NCBI GenBank assembly: GCA_963514005.1
Contig: CAUPSL010001169.1
Coordinates: 186,001 to 250,000, forward strand
DNA from: Raja brachyura
Taxonomy: Eukaryota
DNA length: 64,000 nt
Reading direction: 5' to 3'
The notes under the pieces are model-generated. The model did not search any database and was not told the origin of the DNA. It worked only from the letters and a program-made list of their open reading frames with translations. Numbering within the stretch: the first letter of the stretch is position 1; each line of letters begins with the position of its first letter. The position numbers and the translations under genes were made by a program. Positions 13,745-23,700 of this stretch are shown one piece after another.

Positions 13745-14032
13745 TCCATAATATTTTGCACTAACGCCACATGTACCTGACCAATCTGTCTATGAGTTTC
13801 TTCTATAGATTCTATGAAACAACTCAATATTTCTTTCATGTGCTTAAGATGAGCTTCTTCAATTTCCTGAAATTTCTTTGAAGTTTCTGTCAATTTTTGT
13901 ACAAAATCTGTTTGTCCACATATACTTTATAGGTTTCTGTAGCTTTTTTTTAGATTTGGTACTGCGATTTTCCTTAGATTTTTGCAATGTTTGAGTGATA
14001 CTCTGAATATTCTGTACAGCATCCAAAGTGCC
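13745..14032 (-). pseudogene. FCHO2: Intronless, decayed FCHO2 F-BAR coding fragment inside the ERV leader
   Basis: Translates across small indels as GTLDAVQNIQSITQTLQKSKEN..TKSKKATETYKVYVDK..DFVQKLTETSKKFQEIEEAHLKHMKEILSCFIESIEETHRQIGQVH. This is collinear with vertebrate FCHO2 as recalled: [73 protein letters not shown]. Confidence 0.88.
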
Positions 14033-14509
14033 CAATCCTCATCGGAGCCCAGCTGTGGCCACCAGACTGAACTCCCCCTTATTGGTTCCTTTGGTTAATC
14101 AAAAATACAGAACTTAATCATAGTCTCCTTATCTTTACCACCGGGCTTCCTTCTCCCCAAGAATGCCACATTCGCCCCAACGGACTATCAGGTGCAATGT
14201 GCGTCTCTTAACCATTGAGCCTTTTTATTTTTCCCCCGGACTCTCACTTCTCCCGGTCCGGTTATCCATTGTTTTATCGGACTATTCCGGTCCAACAGAC
14301 CCCCGGTCGCCCGGGCAATACTTAATAGTCAGTTTTCTTACCCGGGTCCTGTGGATAAGAATTGCTCGACCGTCCCTTTTTTCCCAAAACTCCCTTCTGT
14401 TTCCCGAGTCTCAAACCGCTGATGGCAAGCAAGGAGATCAGAGACTGCTGAAATCAGCAGGGTGCACCTTCCCTTCCTTCCATGCCTCCGCCGAGCGGCC
14501 GAAGTGGCG

Positions 14510-14527
14510 ATCGCGGACGAGCCCCCA
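14510..14527 (-). promoter_or_regulatory. Primer binding site, tRNA-Pro
   Basis: TGGGGGCTCGTCCGCGAT, 3 nt from the 5' LTR. 17/18 match to the MLV-type tRNA-Pro PBS TGGGGGCTCGTCCGGGAT. Confidence 0.93.
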
Positions 14528-14530
14528 GCT

Positions 14531-15044
14531 TGTGAGATATAGTTTGTGCTCACAATCACTACCCAGAGACTAAATCGTGGAAACAAGAAATGCTTTATTT
14601 GCGAGTCTGCAGAATCGGGTGCCTCTCCAAGTTGAGACACGCCAAAGTCAGGAAAGTAAAGCCCCTTTATACACACAATTCTGCTGGCTTACCCTCCCCT
14701 TCTGGCTCTTCCCAATCAGAGCACTGAGGTGCACAGTCTATAGGTACGTCCCCCAGTACCCCTCACATCATACATAGCATGTACATTTAAATTTGGTTCG
14801 TTGTCACGAGGGGCGTAAAGTTAATATTCATTTATTTCATTAAGCATGCTCAGTCGCTTTTGCCCTAACCTACTTAATTGCCTTTGACCTAAAGACTATC
14901 TTCTGTGTTGTCAGCTACATTCCTTAACTCATCTTGTTACTCTACAATGTTATCAACAGCTCTGAAGGACAGTAACAGTTTGTTCGAATCACAAGGTTGG
15001 TGGTTACAACCACTCGGCCCCTCACAATGAGGTGGTTAAATCAT
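14531..15044 (-). repeat. ERV 5' LTR (last ~13 bp hidden in gap)
   Basis: Direct repeat of 8428-8975; roughly 20 small differences by hand count, plus one 33-bp repeat-unit indel. Confidence 0.93.
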
Positions 15045-15883
15045 NNNNNNNNNNNNNNNNNNNNNNNNNNNNNNNNNNNNNNNNNNNNNNNNNNNNNNNN
15101 NNNNNNNNNNNNNNNNNNNNNNNNNNNNNNNNNNNNNNNNNNNNNNNNNNNNNNNNNNNNNNNNNNNNNNNNNNNNNNNNNNNNNNNNNNNNNNNNNNNN
15201 NNNNNNNNNNNNNNNNNNNNNNNNNNNNNNNNNNNNNNNNNNNNTGTGTGTGTTTTGTGTTATGCCCGCGGGCCGGATGATTTCGGCTTACAGGCCGGAT
15301 CAGGCCCGTGGGCCGTAGGTTGCCAACCCCAGATTTAACACATACTGTTAAAACACAAAGAAGGAAGGGGCGGACAGGTTGATGGCGAGGGAGCAATTGC
15401 TGGCGCCACCCAGTGGTTGGGTTGGTTAGTAAGTTTGCAGGCACCACCCAAATTGATGGAGTTGCGAACAGTGAAGAAGGCTGCCATAGTGTACAATGGG
15501 AAATACATTAGCTACAGAAATGGGCAGAAAACATGCAAATGGAGTTCATTTTGAACAAGGATTAGGTGTTTGCAACCTCTTTGAGTGGTCGAACATAAAG
15601 GAAAAGTATACAGTTATGGGCAAGACCCTTAAAAGCATTAATCCACAGAGAGGTCTTGGGGTTGAATCTTGGGTTTCTAGACACAGGAAGTCATAATACA
15701 GTTTTGTAGGGCGGGGTAGTCCACATTTGGAGTATTATGTGCAGTTTTTATGTTGGCTATATGAAACAGATGGACAGACATGGATTGCTTCCGCTAGAAT
15801 GCCGGTGTTTGATGGGACATCTGATAGAAATACATAAAACTATGAGAGGTATAGATAAGATAGATAGTCAGAAGACCGGTTGT

Positions 15884-16206
15884 CACTGTGGCGCACCGGT
15901 AGCGTTGCTGCTTTACAGCGCTTGCTGCGCGGGAGACCCAGGTTCGATCCCGACCACGGGTGCTGTCTGTATGGAGTTAGTACGTTCTCTCAATGACAGC
16001 ATGGGTTTTCGCCGGGATCTTTAGTTTCCTCCCACACTCCAAAGATGTACAGTTATATAGATTAATTGGCTTGGTGTATGTGTAAATCGTCCCTAATGTG
16101 TGTAGGATAGTGCTACTGCCCAGGGATCACTTGTCGATGCGGACTCGGTGGGCCGAAGGACCTGTTTCCATGCTGTAACTCCAAACCAAAATAAACTAAA
16201 CTAAAC
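15884..16206 (+). mobile_element. tRNA-derived V-SINE (HE1-like) inserted in a CR1 fragment
   Basis: A box TGGCGCACCGG, B box GGTTCGATCCC, V-domain core, LINE-derived tail and (TAAAC)n end. Confidence 0.8.
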
Positions 16207-19200
16207 ATGGATGGAAACATTGAAAACAAGAGGGCATAGCTTTAAGATGAGAGTTTAAAGGAGATGCGCAGGGCATGTGTTTTCACATACAGCGATGAGT
16301 GCCTGGATGGAACTGTCTGAGGTGTGGTTGAGGCTGCTTGTAAATATATTGTCTTGCCTTCCAACAGAAGGTGTTGGGTCAAAATCTTGCAATCCCCTCC
16401 AAAAAGTCTGTAGCAGTCAGGTTGCTGCCTCATCTCAGTCCTAGCGAGGAATCTCACACCTAAGCAATAAATTCAGGGTCACCCAGATTGCATACACTGA
16501 TGGGAACAAGGCAATTGCCATTTGGTGTAACGTTAAACTCACAGTTAAATATTAACAGGAAATAAATATATCAGTACATCATTAAAGTTGATGTTTCACG
16601 CTGACTGGGGTGTGGGAATTAGGTGACTCGGGAATGGTATTTGGTTTTGTCTAAATATTTAATGTACCTCGTAAATACACTTAAGACATCAGCAATCATG
16701 CAAATATTATCTGTTTCCACAATCACTACAATAGATCAGTACAGCACAGGAACAGGCCCTTTGGCCCACAATGTCTGTGCCGAACATGATGCCAAGCCCA
16801 ACTCTTATTTGCCTGCACATAATATACCTCCATTCCTTGCACATCCGACAACAATAAGGGCAACATGGTAATGCAGCACTGGAGTTGCTGCCTTAAGTGC
16901 CACTCTGCTGGGTTTGATCTTGGCTATGGGTATGTAGGTTAATTGGGTTGGTATAGATGTAAAACTGTTCCTTCTGTGTGTAGGATAATAGTGTACGGAA
17001 ATCAGTGCGGACTCGGTGGGCTGAAGGGTTTGTTTCGTGCTGTATCTCTAAACTAAACTAATCATTTTGCTCTGATCTCATTCTGAGCTAATTCTCTCCT
17101 GTTCTCAGAATGCTGTAGTTGCTTATTTCAATGTTACCCAGAGAATGTTGGATGCCTGCAACACACTGGCAAGGGTGGTGGTTGAAGCCCGTACGACAGT
17201 GCTATTTGAGGCTTTTAGATAGGCACATTGATAGGCAGTGAATTGAGAAATATGCATCATGTGTAGGTAAAAATGTTTAGATTAATTAGGTATCATGAGT
17301 GGCACAGGCATTGTAGGCTGAAGGGCCTGTTCCTGTGCTGAACTGTTTTATTTTCTATGTTCTATTTCATCTCCAGTGCTGCAGGACAACGTGGCGATCA
17401 CGTTCAGCAAAGCAACCTCTGCATCAGACAGAATAGATGGTCAGAGCCTTCTGCCCAAGTGCGGAGACCAGCATAACTTTAGACAGCGTTGAAAGGAGGT
17501 GTGCGGGGGTTTATTTTACACAGAGGGTGGGGGGTGTCTAGAGCACACAGCCACGGGAAGCTATAAAAGTGGCCTTCAAGAGGTGTTTGGATAGACACAC
17601 TAATATGCAGGGAGGGATATGGATCACATGCAGGCATACAGAAGGGTTTAGTAGTAAGATTAAACAAGAACTTACCAGTTTGAAGTTTGATCTTTATTTT
17701 ATGAGGAGTTGCGATGAGGGATTTCGTGAAGACCCCGCCAGGCACGCATGCGCGACATTCTACAAAGCAGTGGTGTGGAATCACAGATCACAAGACTAAA
17801 GATAGTAAGATTAAAACTTGACTACACCAGTTGAACTTATGATAGAGGGTTGGGAGCGGAGGGCACGAAATCCCTCATCGGAACTCCTCATAAAATAAAG
17901 ATCAAACTTCAAACTGGTAAGTTCTCGTTTAATCTTCCTATTTTACTTCGGAATCACGTGAGTGACTTCGTGAAGATTACAAAGCTCTGTGATTACATGC
18001 CGTGGACCACGCCCATGCTTACACACTGCCGTAATTCTGATGGAGGAAGTATGTTAACGTATTTCATACTTGAACAAGCTGAAAAATAAGAACATTTGTT
18101 AATACAACAATAACCCCCTGACTCGGGGACCAACGTTTTGGGAACAGCACTTAAAACTGAATCCGACAACATTGCGGGAGCGGTTATAAGTCAGTTATAA
18201 ACCGCTGAAATGTAGATTCACTGGCCCAGCTCGCTACTGCGAGGCCATAATCCATGAACACCGCCATGGTCCTTGCCACTGATGTGGATGCAGCCCTGGT
18301 AGAATGACATTTAAAATATTAGTGTCTTACCTGCTGCACCGAATACCACCTTGAGTCATCTGGAGATAGTCTTCACGATCACCCTGTGATGTGGGTTTCC
18401 ATGGCTGAAAGACCTGTCTCCATATGCCTGACACCCATTTTCAGACCTGTAGTCCCAGGTCTATGTAGTTTAAGCAACTCTTCTTTAAATAAGTTACTTT
18501 ATTATGGTCCGGTCATACTATCCAGGTTTAATTCCTGTAGAGTCACGACCCGTTGTGCTGTGTTCAGTGCCATTACCATAAACACTTTGAAAGTGAGTAA
18601 GTCCATCATAGGCGACCAGCTCCTGAGTAGGGTCAACACTACCTCCAATCTCAGGTAATATAACATCATGTTCGGGGAGGGATGGATAGACCATACCCCT
18701 CATAGTTTGGACACCAGCTGGTGAGATCCCACTCCAATCTTGCGATAGGATGACAGTGCACTTCTGGCACTGTATACAACACTGTAACTGAGGGACTCAT
18801 CATAATGGAGACCCGTGAGTATTCCAGCACCTTGGAGACCGTAGCAGATATGTAGATGGTCTAGGTCCGACTACAGAAAACCTCCCATATCCTTATGTAG
18901 GTGAGGTACTGCTTCCTAGTGGACTCTCTCTCCACGATGCTGTTTGACGTCCATGGTCCTTTATGTTGCAGAGCCCGATTGTGTTTCCTGCAGCGCCTGT
19001 CTGATGAAGCAAAATGGGGAGCATAGAAAACGCATCCCCCCCCCCAATGTAGTGAGAACGCGTCCATCGCCACTGACCCTAGGATCTGGTTCTCAAGACA
19101 CATATGTTGGTATCCAATGGCTCAACCTGGACGCAAAGAGGTCGATATCTGGTGTTCCATATTAGGCTATAATTTTAGCAGATATGTGGAGGTTCAAATC

Positions 19201-20887
19201 TACTTGATGTCGTTATTAATACTTGTGACCTGGTGTCCGCCACTATATTGAGCTTAACAAGAAGGTACATAGCTGAACCCAATTCTTTCAATCCACCAGA
19301 GCCAAATTACTGTTTCCAATTCATCCCAAGATATTGACTTGACACCACCCATAAGGTTTAATATGCCACCTCTGTGGTATTATTTTGAAGACGAACATAC
19401 GTTTGCTGCAGATTAGTGCATTAACCCGCAGCCCTTGACATGCTCCCAGCGTTTCTAAACAGTTTATTCCTTGTGATTGAAGAGAAGTAGACTCATGCAA
19501 ATCTCATCTACCGCCCCAACTGGAATGGTGTCAGTAGTTCCACAGCCCTTGGCGCTTGCGTTGGTTTGTAACGCGACTAATGGGTTTGATGTATTGATGG
19601 GATTTAACAATCACAACCATTGCTAATCCATCATTGTAGCTCAATTATGCTTCGATTGGCAGCTGCATAAGCTCGTAAATGTCCAGCATTCGCTTTAAAT
19701 GCCGAGATTTTGGTTTTCCCCCCAAGCTTTGATAGCGTAACGGCACAATTATGTGGCTGGAATGTAGCTCCAAATTACCTATAGCTTAGCAGCATGTCTA
19801 AAGTCGGTTCCCTGGCGCAAGCAAGTCTGTTACATGCGTCTATTAGGTATATTGCTCTGTTCCCTGGATAGTGACAAACAGAGCCCCAGAATGTATGTAA
19901 CCTCCCTCCTACTTGTGAGGTTATGCATGCAGCACTTCCAAGAGAACCAGACCCCCTTACCTCCATGGTTACCGGCGGGCCTGACGTTCTGGTTTCTGGT
20001 ATTCCGTCTTTGCTGGGTGCTGCTCGATCGCCTCGGTAAATCCCTGTTCCTGCAGCTGGTGTGTGGTGAGGTAGTCTATGCTGGCTCTGCCCTAACAAGG
20101 CTTCTGCTGCTGGGGAGCTGGTGCGGATGTGTTCTTGATGGCCCCGAGGTTTGGAGGAAGGATAAGGCTGTCTTCTGCACCCTTGACGATGCTGGTGGTT
20201 TCATCAGCCCCTTTTGGCTTCCTCATCAAGTTCTTTGAACAGGTCCTCCCCAAACAGTTGCCTTGGTGGTGTGGTGGAGGTACGACCCAACCCAGCGAAT
20301 TCAGGGTTAAGGTCGGGCCGGATGGAGCTCTGAGTAAATCAGTTTCCCGAAGTGTGCTACACAGGAGGGCTTGACCATCCTGCTGCTCTGCGGATACACC
20401 TGCCCCATCGAGGGTCCGGACGAGTGCCGTGATGCCCGACGTCAACAGCTTCAGAATTTTCTGCATCTTATCCTCTTGTGCCCTCGCACTGGAACTGATG
20501 TTCCCTCAGATGGCTGAGTTGACCCTCGGGACGTTCAGGGTAACACAGTTTCCAGGATCCTTGTACTTCTCCGTGGTTTCTGAAAGCACCTGATCTTGGA
20601 GCTGGTGAGTCGTCAAGAAATTAATACTTACTGCCAATGTAGAGTGCAGCGGTTCCCCTGAAATACAGGTTTCGGAATTTCGACACTACCTCCAATTTCT
20701 TCTTCCGGATCGAGAGCAGTGGGCACTTCTGCTGCCGCTTCTTTGTCAAATCGGCCATCTGTTGACTCCTAGCACTGCCGATCGACGAAGGTGAGATTGA
20801 AGGTGGCGTCATGATCCGACTCCCAGACCGCTGAGACTCCCGCTCTTGCCGATCCAGGTCCCGCTGATATATTTGCTCCACCATTAG

Positions 20888-21921
20888 TAGGTATGTTACA
20901 AAACTTACCTTGACCAGCGCTGCAGTTCTGCCGCTCCCCGTGTGCGCGACTTTGGCGCCTTTCAGAGGGGGGTGGGCTTAAAGTACCGTTTTTCAACAGA
21001 CATGGAAAATCGATCAATGTCGGGCGATTTCGTTGCGGAAGAAAAATCGCTCCGACATTTCATGAATGAAGGTATTTTTAAATGACTCTAAATTATTTAT
21101 GAACTAGAGTAATTTAAAAATCACCTTCAAAAGCCGTGAGCGCCGCCAACCGGAAGGATTTTTTGCGTAGGGGAGAAAAAAAGGTAAATAGTTTATTTTT
21201 ATATTAAAAGTTGGTTTTTCGGGAGGCTTTAATAATATTTTCATGTTGCGAAATGGGGTCCAAAAAAATGTATGGACAAACAGTATTTTTCCCCCCGACT
21301 TCACCGCTAACCGCAACGTTCCAATCCACCGTATTCCACTAAAACCCACTCGCTAGTTGATTTAAATGGCCATTAATTTACAGGCATTAAACACTAAATT
21401 CCTTCCATTTGGCCCAGAAATTCATGAAAATTAGATTTAAAAATGATGTTATATTGTGGATTATTGTGTGAATGTTATTTGGACACTTAGGCAATTTTAA
21501 AAAAGTTTATCTTTTCTTAAGAAATGGATAGATGTTTAGATCTACTCATTGAATTTTGTAATTAGCTACAATTAGATAACTAACTAATTATATGCTTTAA
21601 TTTTAGGTCATCCAAGTAAGATTGTTTAATATTTGTTTCAGAATGCTTCAATCTATAACAACTGAAAATTTCATTGAGCTCTTAATTTTTAAGAAAGTTA
21701 TGGGCTTTTAATTGTTCCAGATCACAGCTTTTGAGTTAAGTCAATTGAAAGGCAATGGGGAACAAGATCCTAATTTCCGAGTATGAAAATGGCCATAACT
21801 TTCTTAATACTGAAGATATGAAAGTAAATTAGGTGTCAAACTAAACTTCTTTTTAAGCTTTATCTGATGGGATAAATTGCAGACTTGATTTTTAAAATCT
21901 CAAAATTTTATAACATTTCTA
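20888..21921. mobile_element. Non-autonomous TIR DNA transposon inserted in DIRS gag
   Basis: TIRs TAGGTATGTTACAAAA / TTTTATAACATTTCTA (13/16 match). Direct repeat CCATTAG at 20881-20887 and 21922-21928. Removing the insert restores the gag frame RMVRMELMVEQIYQRD. Confidence 0.8.
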
Positions 21922-22089
21922 CCATTAGCTCCATCCTAACCATACGACCGCTGCCGCTACACACGGACACCAAGTCGACTTCCCCAGGACCTGATGAGTC
22001 GTTGGGGCTTCTACCAGTAGGTCACACCTCAACGAAGTGGCTGACAGGTACTCGTCAGCACCCGCTCCTGCGGGGCTGAACGACTTCCG

Positions 22090-23700
22090 CACGGACAACC
22101 CGCTAGCCCGGTGTCTCTCGGACCTTAGCGGCCTCTCTACCTGGTGAGCAGGCAGAGGAAAGGAGTCGGAACCGGTCCCCAATACCGGCTCCGTGGTCCG
22201 TGCAGGCACACCGTCACCCTCACCCCCAGGGGTCTGTGACGGCGCTTGGCTGGCTTTACCCGCAGCAACGGGATCGCCTAACCGTATTCTGCTGCCACCG
22301 GTCTGCGCTCCGTCAGCCTGTTCCGGTGCAGTGCCGGTACCTCCTGCTCCTGCAGACTGTACGACTCCTACGTGGACATACCTCTAGTCCGCCATCGTTC
22401 GGACCTAAGCGGCACCTCTGCCTGGTGGGAAGGCAGAGGGAAGGAATCCGTACCGGTCCCCATTACCGGCTGTCCGTGCAGGCTTGCCGTCACCCTTAAC
22501 CACACGTTAAGGGTGCGTGACGGCGTATAGTCGGCTTTACCCGTAGCAACGGGGATGCCTAGCCGTAAACTGCTGCCACCGGTCTGCTCTCCGGCAGCCT
22601 GTTCCGGTGGAACACTGGTACCTCCTGCTCCTGCAGGGCTCCCCGACTTCCAGCAGATACATCACCGGCCCGCAATCTAGCAGGTTACCCCCGGCGGTAT
22701 GTCGATGCCTTCCGTTGCAGATGGGCATGACCTGTGCGCAGCTCACCCCCTGCTCTGGTGCCTGCATAGTAGGAGAGACAAACCGAGCCGCCGAGCGGGT
22801 CACATGTTTACGCACCTTTGCCCCACTGTCACTATGCTTAGGTGACAGTGGTAGGGATTCAAGGCCTTACCTACCCTGCTCCCGCGCGGTGCTCCACCAC
22901 TTTGCGGCCCCATGGTCAGCAGTGGTGGAGAGACGGGTCCTGGCTGCGCAGGGCTCCCCGACCTCCGCGTTCTTCTGGAACGGTGGCCGCTGACTCCCAT
23001 GTGAAGTTGCATGGCCGTTGGAGACCTGCTTCGCTGCCTTCATTCTGATCTCCATCCATCTGTAAGCAAACTCTAATACAAACGCTTAGCTATTCGAGGT
23101 TAGTATCTTACCTGAAGGTCTTTAAGAAGTATGGTGACCAGCCTCTCATGCTTTAATAACTTTATGTGCTGGCAGTCTCAACTTCTTGAAGACAATGCAT
23201 ACCCTGGAGTAGCAGGGCACTTTAATGTAGACAGGCCACAGTATCCCTGCAGCTGCAGTGTGGAGTCAGGCTGCCTTTGCTTGCAAGCCTGCTCCTTCCT
23301 GAATGCCAGCAGCCCGCAGAGATCGCTGCGGGCTGCGGTGTAGAGTCGGGCAGCTGCCCACGACAAGCATTGCAAGCCCTACTCCACATGCACACCGCCA
23401 GCCCGCAGTTTCCCCCGCGGGCTGCGGTGTGGAGTCGGGGCTGCCGCTCTGCCGTTCCTAACTTTGAACGGCAAGCCTGCAAGCCCCACTGCTACATGCA
23501 CACCGCCAGCCCGCAGTACCCCCCGCGGGCTGCGGTGTAAAGTCAGGGCTGCCGCTCTGCCGTTGAGAACTTCTGACGGCGAGCCTGCAAGCCCCACTCC
23601 TTTGCATGCCGCCAGCCCGCGGCGTCCCCTGCGGGCTGCGGTGTGGAGTCGGGCTGCCTCTGCCGTCCTCCGCCGGCGAGTGTGTGAGCCCGGACCCTCC
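22090..23700. repeat. GC-rich tandem repeats in the DIRS 5' region
   Basis: About 290-bp duplicated block (22095-22380 vs 22390-22640) and about 115-120-bp units (CCGCCAGCCCGC..GCGGGCTGCGGTGTGGAGTCGGG) at 23240-23700. Confidence 0.75.

Larger units (their letters stand above)
8428..15044 (-). mobile_element. Defective class I (gamma/epsilon-like) endogenous retrovirus provirus
   Basis: Two near-identical LTRs, tRNA-Pro PBS, PPT, and gag/pol/env remnants in the correct order. Inserted in a (TG)n tract; the far end of the 5' LTR runs into an N gap, so the TSD cannot be checked. Confidence 0.95.
7677..15332. mobile_element. Non-autonomous hAT-type DNA transposon hosting nested insertions
   Basis: TIRs CAGGGGTTGACAACC / GGTTGCCAACCCCAG. 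Perfect 8-bp TSD ATTTAACA at 7669-7676 and 15333-15340. Confidence 0.88.

Noticed and set aside
15884-15960. tRNA-like A/B boxes
   Set aside because: These are SINE heads, not tRNA genes; no complete cloverleaf.
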